IMG/VR virus record: IMGVR_UViG_3300013099_000020
Length of the DNA stretch: 64,000 bases
Source of the DNA: a virus
Direction: 5' to 3' (one strand)
Part shown: positions 52,878 through 62,064 of the stretch, one piece after another
How the letters are laid out: each line of letters opens with the position of its first letter
Numbering within the stretch: position 1 is the first letter of the stretch
The notes under the pieces: model-generated
Database searches by the model: none
What the model saw: only the letters and a program-made list of their open reading frames with translations
What the model was told of the DNA's origin: nothing
Program-made: the position numbers and the translations under genes

Positions 52878-53918
52878 ATGGAGTTCCCCTTCTCCAAAGG
52901 AAAGCGGCCTCGAAAGAGCCGCTCTGGTGCTATGCCTCTAAATGTGGAGACGCTCACCAAGCAAGAGCGTCATGGGAAGGCCAAGATTTCTGGGCTCACC
53001 TTCGATGCATTCTCCTCAACTATGATGGGGAAGTGGTCCGCCTACCCCGATCCCTCGGCAGGGACGGTCTCCCCGACGACCGGCATCCAGCGCACTCCCA
53101 GCACTCTGGCGGACGACGACGACGCCGAAGAGGCGGTCAAGACCTTGAGCCACGGGAAGAACGTCCGGAAGCACCTGGGTATAGGGGCCGTGGGTGCCGC
53201 CGCGGGCCCCCTCATCGCTGCTGCTTCCCGAGGGGCCAAGGGCTTCCTCGATACCAAGGGCGGTGTCGGTGTACGGACAGGAGGGGCGCTGAAGGAGGTC
53301 AGCAAGGCTTCGCTAGGTGATGTCGGGTCTCAGGCCGTGGGTGGGGGCCTCGGAGGTGTGGTCTCCTCGATGGGTCTGGAAGAAATCAAAGTCAGGCAGG
53401 CCCAAGACAAGCTGCGCTCCTTCCTACAACGCTCGAAAGGGGGCGCCACGAAGGAAGCCGGAAGGATGTCCCCCGTCGCTCGGGCCACAGCCTTCCGAAG
53501 GCTGAAGCAGCTGGGAGACACGGGGGTCCACAGCTTCCAGCAGAACTCCAATGACATTCCTCAGATCGGAAGAGATCTCGAAAATATCATCGGGGGGCAA
53601 CTCAAGGAGCCCTTCGAGCAGCTGGTAGAGACCGCCCGCACACCCCAGTACCTCGGAGAAACCGCGAAGCGGATGAAGCAAAAGAGGGCGGCTGATGGCA
53701 TGACCGGCATGGGCGGCACCACAGGAGCCAGGGTGGGGGGCACCTCCGGAGTTGTCGGCGGGGCTCCCCCCTTCAACGCTGCGCAGATGGCTAACTCAGC
53801 CCGAGGAGCCGGAGACTTCACCCCGTCTGTCCCCAAGGCCAAGGCACACTCTGTTCGAGGTAGTTCAACCAACCCCCGACTCCGTTTGCTGGACGCCATG
53901 AATAAGGGGACGGCATAA
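52878..53918 (+). CDS. Gly-rich virion/internal protein (346 aa)
   Basis: ORF; GGxGG-rich low-complexity middle and C-terminus. Confidence 0.45.
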   Translation: MEFPFSKGKRPRKSRSGAMPLNVETLTKQERHGKAKISGLTFDAFSSTMMGKWSAYPDPSAGTVSPTTGIQRTPSTLADDDDAEEAVKTLSHGKNVRKHLGIGAVGAAAGPLIAAASRGAKGFLDTKGGVGVRTGGALKEVSKASLGDVGSQAVGGGLGGVVSSMGLEEIKVRQAQDKLRSFLQRSKGGATKEAGRMSPVARATAFRRLKQLGDTGVHSFQQNSNDIPQIGRDLENIIGGQLKEPFEQLVETARTPQYLGETAKRMKQKRAADGMTGMGGTTGARVGGTSGVVGGAPPFNAAQMANSARGAGDFTPSVPKAKAHSVRGSSTNPRLRLLDAMNKGTA

Positions 53919-53919
53919 C

Positions 53920-53929
53920 GCTATCAGCC
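53920..53929 (+). promoter_or_regulatory. conserved upstream motif variant GCTATCAGCC
   Basis: 13 nt upstream of the 53942 start. Confidence 0.4.
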
Positions 53930-53941
53930 TTGTGAGGAGCC

Positions 53942-54268
53942 ATGATCAGAAAACTAGCAGAAGAACTCGCGACGGATGGTGCCGTTCCCGGTGGGAACGA
54001 CGCTCGACCATTGGACGAGCCAAGTGCTCCGGCAATCAAGTCGGACTTCACACCAGACCCTGATCACGGCTTCACCGCACACAGTGGTGAGGGCCACGCG
54101 CAAACTACGGCGGGAGTGCTGAGCCGATCTCTGACGAACTACGAACCTGCCGCTCAGGATTATGAGCGGACGATGTCACGGGTCCTTGGGGATCACGTGA
54201 AGAACATCTCAGGCTCGTCGGCTACGTCACAGCGATCGGTGAAGCGGTTCCAAGGTCGTAAGCGCTGA
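53942..54268 (+). CDS. hypothetical protein
   Basis: ORF with GTGAGGAGCC RBS. Confidence 0.4.
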   Translation: MIRKLAEELATDGAVPGGNDARPLDEPSAPAIKSDFTPDPDHGFTAHSGEGHAQTTAGVLSRSLTNYEPAAQDYERTMSRVLGDHVKNISGSSATSQRSVKRFQGRKR

Positions 54269-54287
54269 GCCCTCCCTTGGAGGAGGC

Positions 54288-55097
54288 ATGGTGAAGAAGA
54301 GGCTCGGCAAGAGGGAGCTAGACGCATTCCTCCAGCAGGGGCGTAAGGCAAAGCTGCATGCTGCGCAGGCGAAGGCTCCTAAAGAGGTGGAGCTGTGGAA
54401 GGACTGGCACAGCGGAGGCCGGCGACAGAAGGACCTGGTCCCGCTCATGAAGAGCCTGGAGAATGTCGTACGCTCTCAGGCGCGACAGTACAGCTCTGGG
54501 TATGGGGGGTCGCTTGTACCAGGAGCCACGGAGCTTGAGCTTCGCAGGCACATGAAGAAGGCGATCGAGAGCTACGATCCCAACCGAGGGGTCAAGCTTT
54601 CGACGTGGGCGATCAGCCAGATGCGTGCCTTCACCGGGAAGGCAGCCAAGCGGAGGAACTTCGGGACCCAATCCAAGAAGGACTTCCAGGCAACGCAGGA
54701 GTTCAACAACGCGATCAACGAGCTGCACTCGCAAGGGAAGCTGGACCCGACGCATCATGAGATCGCCGAGCGAGTGGGCTGGCCTATTTCTCGTGTGAAG
54801 AGGATGCAGACGGGGACCATGCGGCGAGAGCTGTACACCGGGATCACTCCCGGACAGGACGACGATGTCGGAGGAGCACCGAGCCAGATGCGTAGCATCA
54901 TGAGCTTGATGTACTTCAACAACGACGAGGAGAAGAAGGTCTTCAGGGCTCTGAAGCTGCACTCTCCGGATCGAGACCTGGACAGCCGGGTCAACATGGC
55001 GCGTACTGCCAAGACTCTAGGCATACCCTTGTCTCGGTTGTACAAGATCCGAGACACTCTCAAGAAGAGAGTTCAACCCCTGGTCAGTAGGATCTGA
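54288..55097 (+). CDS. sigma-70 family sigma factor (regions 2 and 4 only)
   Basis: Region 2 signature ESYDPNRGVKLSTWAISQMRAF (cf. DP.RG.KFSTYA..WI); C-terminal HTH MARTAKTLGIPLSRLYKIRDTLKKR resembling region 4.2. Confidence 0.7.
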   Translation: MVKKRLGKRELDAFLQQGRKAKLHAAQAKAPKEVELWKDWHSGGRRQKDLVPLMKSLENVVRSQARQYSSGYGGSLVPGATELELRRHMKKAIESYDPNRGVKLSTWAISQMRAFTGKAAKRRNFGTQSKKDFQATQEFNNAINELHSQGKLDPTHHEIAERVGWPISRVKRMQTGTMRRELYTGITPGQDDDVGGAPSQMRSIMSLMYFNNDEEKKVFRALKLHSPDRDLDSRVNMARTAKTLGIPLSRLYKIRDTLKKRVQPLVSRI

Positions 55098-55324
55098 TGT
55101 CAAGCCCGCAACAGCGAGAGGACCGAGATGCCCGACTGGATCGTCTTCAGTCGGCGCTCGATGATTGGCATACAGCTGAGCGCAAGCGCTTGGAGGATGA
55201 AGCGACGTACCTGAAGAGCATTCTTCGAGGTCGTACGGGTTCCGAGAGGCTCGCCCGTGAGAACACTGCTGAGGCTGAGGTGCTGGTGATCGATGACATC
55301 ACCAGCTTCCTTGCCGGAACCTGA
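55097..55324 (+). CDS. hypothetical small charged protein immediately after the sigma gene (anti-sigma/regulatory?)
   Basis: ORF overlapping the sigma-gene stop (ATGA). Confidence 0.4.
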   Translation: MSSPQQREDRDARLDRLQSALDDWHTAERKRLEDEATYLKSILRGRTGSERLARENTAEAEVLVIDDITSFLAGT

Positions 55325-55333
55325 TGACCTGTA

Positions 55334-55774
55334 ATGGCTTCAGATGTCTATGCCAACGCCAAGCTGTTAGCCGCCACCGACCAGCTTGAGTGGGTAGATC
55401 CCTTGGTGACCTTTCGGGGCCTCCTGGTCGGAGTGGGGTACACCTATAGCCATGTTCAGACCTATGTCTCGGACATCGTGGCCTCCGAGGTCACAGGAGG
55501 AACCTACGCTCGGGTTGATGTTGTCGGACGCGCGGCTGCCTTGGATCTGCCAGGCAATCGTGCGCTCCTGGACGCCACCAACCCCCTTTTTCCTTTGCTT
55601 ACTGGGGTTACCCCCAGTGGGCTCATCATCTACAAACAGGTAGGAGGCGATGATCTAACCCCAGCAAATGATCCGCTTATCGTGTTCATCGACTTCCCCG
55701 CGACGCCCACAAACGGGAACAACTTCCTTGTGGAGTTCGACCCGGACGGCGTCTTCGCACTGACCTTCTGCTGA
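55334..55774 (+). CDS. structural protein, unknown
   Basis: ORF. Confidence 0.45.
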   Translation: MASDVYANAKLLAATDQLEWVDPLVTFRGLLVGVGYTYSHVQTYVSDIVASEVTGGTYARVDVVGRAAALDLPGNRALLDATNPLFPLLTGVTPSGLIIYKQVGGDDLTPANDPLIVFIDFPATPTNGNNFLVEFDPDGVFALTFC

Positions 55775-55791
55775 GTGGTACGGTAGGGGCG

Positions 55792-56475
55792 ATGGAGGTT
55801 CAGAACCAAGCATCAATCCCTCGCTCAGAAAAGATTCTGGGCAGGGCGGATGGCCCCGCCTCGCTGGCGGTAGGCGATGTCGTTCGGATAGCCAGTGCCA
55901 AGGTCGGTAATCGCTATCAGATTGTTCTGGCAGATCCTTCTTCAAGCTCTGGTGTTCCGGCTGTAGCCATAGTGCTCAAGAAGCTTGGGACGACCGACTA
56001 CAAGATCCAGTTCCACGGCCCCGTCAAGAGCACCTACACAGGACTTACCCCGGGGGAGATTTACTACCTCGGCACGGACGGGGCTTTGGCCACAGTGGGT
56101 GGTGTGAACTTCCCAATAGCTGGGGGAGCCATGCACTTCCAACAGCTGGGGGCGGCGACGTCCACGGATGAGCTTCTCCTCCAGGTAGTGGCCCCTCGTG
56201 TCGGCTCAGCCACCAGCGGGTCCCGCTACTACCATCAATCAGTAGCGGGGATACAGAATGGGGTAAACACTGCGTTTACATCCGCCCAGACGTTTATAGC
56301 ATCTGGCCCTCGCCAGCAGGTGCTTGTCGTGAATGGTGTGCGCCAAGAACCTGGGGTGGGGTGTGACTACGAGGTGTCGGAATCGGTACCTAGCGCAGGG
56401 TTCGACACGCTCACGTTGGCATACTCACCCCTTGTGGACGATGTACTGCGCCTGGACTTCGACCCAGACCTTTGA
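55792..56475 (+). CDS. structural protein, unknown
   Basis: ORF. Confidence 0.5.
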   Translation: MEVQNQASIPRSEKILGRADGPASLAVGDVVRIASAKVGNRYQIVLADPSSSSGVPAVAIVLKKLGTTDYKIQFHGPVKSTYTGLTPGEIYYLGTDGALATVGGVNFPIAGGAMHFQQLGAATSTDELLLQVVAPRVGSATSGSRYYHQSVAGIQNGVNTAFTSAQTFIASGPRQQVLVVNGVRQEPGVGCDYEVSESVPSAGFDTLTLAYSPLVDDVLRLDFDPDL

Positions 56476-56512
56476 TCTGGTAGTATTATCCCCCAACTAG
56501 GAGCACCGCAGC

Positions 56513-58084
56513 ATGGCCAGAACATTCATTCGCCAGGACGCCCAGATCGGGTCCACTCTTGATACCCTTATCGGGTTCAGCGACGCCGTTGCGCCTGCTG
56601 CGACTATGGAGTCGGGTGCAGGGACGATCGCAGACGACCTGAACAACCTGCGCTCGATTGCCTCGCTCCTGAAGGATGGGCAGGCGGGCAACTGGTACGA
56701 CGACCTTGTTGCTCCGAGTACGCTTGAAGCGGGCACGAAGCGCGGCGTCGATGCTGTGAACGATGGCCTACACGCGGTCGAAAAGAAGCGCGTGCTCGCA
56801 GACACTTTCATCCACACGGATGTTACCGTCACGGCCGCGCAGAACTTCGAGATTCTGTTGCTGGCTGAGCTGCCGTCAAATGCCATAGCGGCAGTCGGAG
56901 CGGTCACCACTCTCGGCACCGTGGCAGCCTTCCACTCAGGTACGTTCGGACAGCACTCGCTGGATCTGGTTGCGGGGTCGGATGCAGTCTCTCCGCTCAA
57001 CCTCGGGCTCGTCGTTGATTCGGCGACACACGATCCTCTCGTGTCAGCTGGTCGTCAAATCTGGGCTCTGTTCCAGACCGAGACCGTGACAGACGGGCAC
57101 ACCATGACCGGCACCACGCCGGTTCGCGCGCAGCTTTCCTTCGTTCGCCTGAACGCTGCGGGCACCGCGCTCGAAGCGTGCCCGGCCGGGGACATCGCGG
57201 GACAGACCATTCACTACTGGGTCCGTGAGCGTAAGCGCCTCGAAGACCTGACCGAATCCGACTTCCTGCGCGGCGCGAGCATCGACATCGGAGCGGGTTC
57301 CACTACCGTCGATCGACAGACCTCGTACACCAACCAGGGCACGACCCCGGTTGATCTCACAACCAATGCGATCCTCGATCTCGAAGGCGCAGGCCTTGCG
57401 TGGTCTATCCGCGATGATCTCGAAGCCGACCTCTTCAAGGTCACTGAGGGCAGCGCGGGCGGTACAAGCGAAGTGCAACTCGCAGCCGCCGTCGATGTGT
57501 TCAACGTGGACGCGATCGTCAACGACTTCGCAGCTGGTGCAACTATTCGTAGTGGAGGCACTCGGCCCATCGCGGCGGGGGTCACTGACGGGGTCATTGA
57601 GACCACGGCGGGCGACCTACAGCTCGGCGGCGCCAATGGCGAAACCATCCTGAATGATGTCAACATGGACACCGAAGGCACCTGGACTGGCCCAGGCGTC
57701 AAGGTCTCTGAGACTGTCACTGAAGTCAGCGACTACGAGACGGCATTCGGGGGTGAGGTCTCGCTCATGAACGCCATCGTCCAAGCCAAGCAGGGGTCGA
57801 GTCGCACGCGAGTTGACTCGACCATGACCGCAAACGCCGCCGCGGCGGCCGATGTGAACGGGCCGGGTACTGCGCACGCCAACTGTGACACCGACCTACT
57901 CCCCTACGACACTGCTGGGATCGCTTCACTCGAAGTCTTCCTCAACGGTGAGTTGTACCGCCTCACTGACGACTACACCGCTGGGGGTACGCCGGCAGAA
58001 GGTGACCTTCAGTTCACGTTCAACCTCAAGGGCACAGGCGCCAAGCCGGACCAACTCACCGTCATCCGTAATGGCACCAACTGA
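56513..58084 (+). CDS. structural protein (523 aa; capsid or sheath-sized), unknown
   Basis: ORF with GGAGCACCGCAGC context; Ala/Thr/Gly-rich. Confidence 0.5.
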   Translation: MARTFIRQDAQIGSTLDTLIGFSDAVAPAATMESGAGTIADDLNNLRSIASLLKDGQAGNWYDDLVAPSTLEAGTKRGVDAVNDGLHAVEKKRVLADTFIHTDVTVTAAQNFEILLLAELPSNAIAAVGAVTTLGTVAAFHSGTFGQHSLDLVAGSDAVSPLNLGLVVDSATHDPLVSAGRQIWALFQTETVTDGHTMTGTTPVRAQLSFVRLNAAGTALEACPAGDIAGQTIHYWVRERKRLEDLTESDFLRGASIDIGAGSTTVDRQTSYTNQGTTPVDLTTNAILDLEGAGLAWSIRDDLEADLFKVTEGSAGGTSEVQLAAAVDVFNVDAIVNDFAAGATIRSGGTRPIAAGVTDGVIETTAGDLQLGGANGETILNDVNMDTEGTWTGPGVKVSETVTEVSDYETAFGGEVSLMNAIVQAKQGSSRTRVDSTMTANAAAAADVNGPGTAHANCDTDLLPYDTAGIASLEVFLNGELYRLTDDYTAGGTPAEGDLQFTFNLKGTGAKPDQLTVIRNGTN

Positions 58085-58099
58085 TAGTAAGGACCCACC

Positions 58100-58666
58100 G
58101 TGACCGTACGCAAAGACCAACTCCATACGTGGAAAGGTGCCGTCGATGCCACGGGCGCAGTGGGGCAAAACCTCGACAAGCTCGTGACTGATGCCGAGCA
58201 AACACAACACCGCTGTCGAGGGGGGAAGCTAGCCCTACAAGAGCAGGCTAAGAAACTGCAAAGCGTCCACGCTTACGCGGACGCCGAGTTTGCGGAGGGC
58301 AGTCTCGACGTGGAGACGCTCTCGCTCGTGAAGCGGTACGTCACACGGTGCATCGATGCAACGAGCAACGCTGCCAAGCAGCAAGAAGCTGAAGAGCTGG
58401 CGTCTGCGGGCAGAGTGTCTGCGTTTCGGGAGGCACTCGCTCTCACGGCGAATCACCACAAGGTTGCAAAGGGTCGCTTCGATCAGTTGAATACCCCCCT
58501 GCCTAAAGATGAACCCGATACCGAGAGGGCTCCTCGCAAGGGCCGACCCAGTCGATCCGAGCGTAAGGCGGCGCAGGCGAGGCTCGATACTGTACCCAAG
58601 AAGTCTGCGGCCAAGAAGGCTACCAAGAAGGGGACAGCTAAGAAGCGCATCCCGAAGGGGGTCTGA
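58100..58666 (+). CDS. protein with Lys-rich C-terminal tail (scaffold or DNA-binding?)
   Basis: ORF; C-terminal KKSAAKKATKKGTAKKRIPKG. Confidence 0.45.
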   Translation: MTVRKDQLHTWKGAVDATGAVGQNLDKLVTDAEQTQHRCRGGKLALQEQAKKLQSVHAYADAEFAEGSLDVETLSLVKRYVTRCIDATSNAAKQQEAEELASAGRVSAFREALALTANHHKVAKGRFDQLNTPLPKDEPDTERAPRKGRPSRSERKAAQARLDTVPKKSAAKKATKKGTAKKRIPKGV

Positions 58667-58947
58667 TGGCTCGCGACGAACGCATCCGTGATCTCTTTTT
58701 CACAGACCAGACATCGGAAGGCGCCCCCACTGAAGAGGGTCTTGTCCGTCGGGTCTCTGATGATCTAGTGGCTTTCATTGATGGGCAAGCAAAGTCGCTC
58801 ACAGCGGGTGGTGGTGCGATGCCCCCAGCAACCGAAATAGGCCAGGTGCTTTTCTCAGAGGACGGGGCTACCTTCACGGCTGAGACCCCACTCACAAGCT
58901 GTGAGGGCTGGCTCGTGAACAACGACGGGATTCTGTTGGTGGTCTGA
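58666..58947 (+). CDS. hypothetical protein
   Basis: ATGG/ATGA-coupled ORF. Confidence 0.4.
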   Translation: MARDERIRDLFFTDQTSEGAPTEEGLVRRVSDDLVAFIDGQAKSLTAGGGAMPPATEIGQVLFSEDGATFTAETPLTSCEGWLVNNDGILLVV

Positions 58948-59567
58948 TGAGTACAGGAACACACGGGGACCAAGGTCCCGCACAGGGCATCCATGTCATC
59001 CAGGCGTATGAGGTGGCCAATGCCGTTGCGCTCGCTGTGCTCCCGGTGGTGGCAGCGGACATCGGCAAGGTGGCGAGGAAACTCGACGACGACACCTTTC
59101 ACGTTCTTGTGTCCATCGGCCCCTCAGTCTGGGTGGACATTACGGCAGCCGGTGGTGGTGGCGGATCTGTCTTCGGACAGGGCTACCACTACGAAGAGAA
59201 GCTCACTCAGCAGAACACCTCATCGTCCTCGCTAGTCGAGTACATGACCACGACCACCCCCATACTGCTGGCAGGGGAGTACAGGATCGAATGGACGGTC
59301 ATCTACGGATACGGGTCGGCATCCCAAGATTTCATATTGGCGGTCCAAGTCGATAACAGCCAGGAGATCATCGACCCGTTGAATGGTGGGGTTATGCGGG
59401 AAGAGCCGAAGGACCCTGGGACAAATCAACGGTTCGCGCGGTCGGGCTCACGAGACCTGACGCTCACGCTGGGCGCCCACCAGATCGACATGGACTTCGG
59501 AGCCAGCAATGGGTCTGCACAGGCCCGCATCTACAATGGCACCCTACGACTCTACAGAGTGAGCTGA
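58947..59567 (+). CDS. structural protein, unknown
   Basis: ORF. Confidence 0.5.
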   Translation: MSTGTHGDQGPAQGIHVIQAYEVANAVALAVLPVVAADIGKVARKLDDDTFHVLVSIGPSVWVDITAAGGGGGSVFGQGYHYEEKLTQQNTSSSSLVEYMTTTTPILLAGEYRIEWTVIYGYGSASQDFILAVQVDNSQEIIDPLNGGVMREEPKDPGTNQRFARSGSRDLTLTLGAHQIDMDFGASNGSAQARIYNGTLRLYRVS

Positions 59568-59568
59568 C

Positions 59569-60699
59569 ATGCCCATCCACACCAAGACCTATACGATCTC
59601 GACCGCCGTTGGCGGTGGCGCCGTCGATGAGTCCCGCCTCGATTTGGAGATTCGCCAGAGCCCAGACATTCTACATGCGTTGAGCGGTATCTCCTCGGAC
59701 ATCGGGACGGACACGCTCTCGATCAGTTTCAGGGACATGCTCACGTCGCCCGAGGAAGTTGCACTGGGGCAGCTTGTCGCTGTTCACACCGGACTCCCCC
59801 TCGAAGAGCCGGTGAACAGCGACGGCGTGCCTCTTGTTGCGCTCGCTGGAATCGGCAGCGTCCAAGTGGTCGGGCGTACGGGCTCGGAGATGATTCGGGC
59901 CACGCATGACTTCTGTCATCCTTGCACTTGGTTCGGGGAGTCCGTGCGTACCTCCGAGGTGCTCACGAATCCTTCCGCAGATACCCTGACCTGGAAGAGC
60001 GCGAAGGCGTGCTGGATCGACCTGATGCACGGCAAGATCCACGACGAGGAGCGTATCTCGTCTACGATCTCTCACGGCTATCTGCCTGTAGTAAAGGTCA
60101 ATGGCGTGGCGCAGCTACGCCGCCCCTACCGCGCATCGGACTGGTCGCTCGGTGGGGACTACTACATCGACCATGAGGCTGGTGAGGTCGTCTTCCAGGC
60201 GGCTCCCGCTGCCGCTCCTGAGGCGGAGTACAGCTACGCGGTTGGCAGCGGGTGGGTCCTGCAACCAGATCCCGGTAAGGTCATCGAGATCGAAAACGCG
60301 GAGCTTCAGTGGATCGACGTGGACTACAATGCGGCGATCGTGCAAGACGTGGAATACTCGCCCGATGGCGGGACTACCTGGATCGTGGTTGACCGCAGTA
60401 TCTACAAGTCGTTCGCCCAGATCGTCGATGAGGCGCGGGGCTCATTCCCTGAGCAGGCTGCCGTGGTGGGGACCCCCACCTGGCGTGGTACCGCGGGCAC
60501 CATCCAGCACACGCCGCTGATCTATTCCGCCGTCAAGGCTCTCCGGTCGAGCCAGGGTATCCGCATGCGAATGTGGCTGGGCTACGTGTCTCATGCGGCA
60601 GACAATAGCGTCATCGTCACGGAGGTCGATCCCGCAGATGGTGGCTTCGGTGGCGAGCGAGCGACGGCTACTTTCTATGCCGTCAGCAAGGATGAGTGA
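59569..60699 (+). CDS. structural protein, unknown
   Basis: ORF. Confidence 0.5.
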   Translation: MPIHTKTYTISTAVGGGAVDESRLDLEIRQSPDILHALSGISSDIGTDTLSISFRDMLTSPEEVALGQLVAVHTGLPLEEPVNSDGVPLVALAGIGSVQVVGRTGSEMIRATHDFCHPCTWFGESVRTSEVLTNPSADTLTWKSAKACWIDLMHGKIHDEERISSTISHGYLPVVKVNGVAQLRRPYRASDWSLGGDYYIDHEAGEVVFQAAPAAAPEAEYSYAVGSGWVLQPDPGKVIEIENAELQWIDVDYNAAIVQDVEYSPDGGTTWIVVDRSIYKSFAQIVDEARGSFPEQAAVVGTPTWRGTAGTIQHTPLIYSAVKALRSSQGIRMRMWLGYVSHAADNSVIVTEVDPADGGFGGERATATFYAVSKDE

Positions 60700-61568
60700 C
60701 TATGCGTGGTGCAGCATTCAGCGGTGGTGGTTTCTATGGCAACGTGATTGTCGGGATGCTTCAGCGCATTTCAGAGGACGATGACTTCGAGCCTTGGGGC
60801 TGCATGACTGGCATCTCGACGGGGGCTTTGATCGAGAACGTCATCGCGCAGTACCCTAAGAGCCGGTTCAAGGATGCTATCCAAAAGCTCACAGGCATCT
60901 ATACCCCGCGGGTCACCGAGGACATCCATCGCAGATGGTTCATGGGGAAGATGGCTGCGCTATGGAAGCCTTCGCTACGGAACACCGCAGCACTCCGAGG
61001 GCTCATCGATGAGCTGAGCAACAACGAAGCCATCCGGACGGGGGACTATCGGACAGCGGTGGGGGTCGTGAACCTGGAGCAGGGGTACTACGAAGCGATC
61101 GGGCACGACTACATTCCCTTCAATAAAGCTGTCGAAGCGAGTGCATCCCTGCCTGCCTTCTTCGAGCCAGTGCGTGTGCCTGAGCATGGGTTGTGCGTTG
61201 ATGGGGGCGCTGCCGTGGGCTGCGACATCGGGACCCTAATCAAGATGGGTTGCACCGAGATCGATGCCTTCATCGCGATGCCAGAGAAGTTGGCCCCCAA
61301 GTTTATGCCAGATCCGGAAGCCCTCGACGTGGCCCTGCGCACCTTCGAGGTCATGGTTCACACGGCGTTGTGGCAGCAGGTCAAGATGACTCGAATCTAT
61401 AATCAGATCGCTCTTGGAGGGGATCAGCGCCGGAAGTACATCAAGCTGCGTGTCTTCGCTCCAGACCGTTTGGTGGGTGATGGGATGGAGTTCGTACCCT
61501 CACAAGCCATAGAGCTTCAGGAGATTGGACGCTCTGCTGCCTCCGAAGTCTTGCATAGCGTAGACTAG
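60696..61568 (+). CDS. patatin-like phospholipase
   Basis: Gly-rich oxyanion box AFSGGGFYG, nucleophile elbow GISTG (GxSxG), and DGG catalytic Asp (VDGGAAVG) in the canonical order and spacing. Confidence 0.65.
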   Translation: MTMRGAAFSGGGFYGNVIVGMLQRISEDDDFEPWGCMTGISTGALIENVIAQYPKSRFKDAIQKLTGIYTPRVTEDIHRRWFMGKMAALWKPSLRNTAALRGLIDELSNNEAIRTGDYRTAVGVVNLEQGYYEAIGHDYIPFNKAVEASASLPAFFEPVRVPEHGLCVDGGAAVGCDIGTLIKMGCTEIDAFIAMPEKLAPKFMPDPEALDVALRTFEVMVHTALWQQVKMTRIYNQIALGGDQRRKYIKLRVFAPDRLVGDGMEFVPSQAIELQEIGRSAASEVLHSVD

Positions 61569-61572
61569 GTAG

Positions 61573-62064
61573 GTGACTGCCAAGCTCACAGCCCTGATCG
61601 GCGCCGCAGTGAACCTCCCCTTCACGCTTTTTGACGTGGATGGGATCACCCCCTTGACAGGGGAAGCCGATGTGGACTTCACCAAGACTCTCTTCCGCGA
61701 TAGCGCGGATGAGACGGGTTCCATTCCGGTCACCATCACGGAGATCGGAGCGACCGGGCGGTACTACGCCGAGTTCACCCCCGATGCTCGGGGGCTTTGG
61801 TTCGTCAACGCCATCCATGCCGACACCGAGGTAGCCTTCGGTTGCTACGTGGATGTGGGGCTCTTCGACACCGTAGAGACACTTCGCAAGGAGACCTCGA
61901 ACCGGAATGAACTGGACTTCGCGACACAGGAAGAGATCGCCTACGACGATGACGGAACCACAATCATCCAGCGTTGGACGTTGGAGACGGATGGCGGTGA
62001 GCTGGTCACGACCCAGGTAGGTGTCCAGACGAAGCGTAAGGTCCCGACCCTGCCGAGGCCCTGA
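61573..62064 (+). CDS. hypothetical protein
   Basis: GTG-start ORF. Confidence 0.4.
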   Translation: MTAKLTALIGAAVNLPFTLFDVDGITPLTGEADVDFTKTLFRDSADETGSIPVTITEIGATGRYYAEFTPDARGLWFVNAIHADTEVAFGCYVDVGLFDTVETLRKETSNRNELDFATQEEIAYDDDGTTIIQRWTLETDGGELVTTQVGVQTKRKVPTLPRP

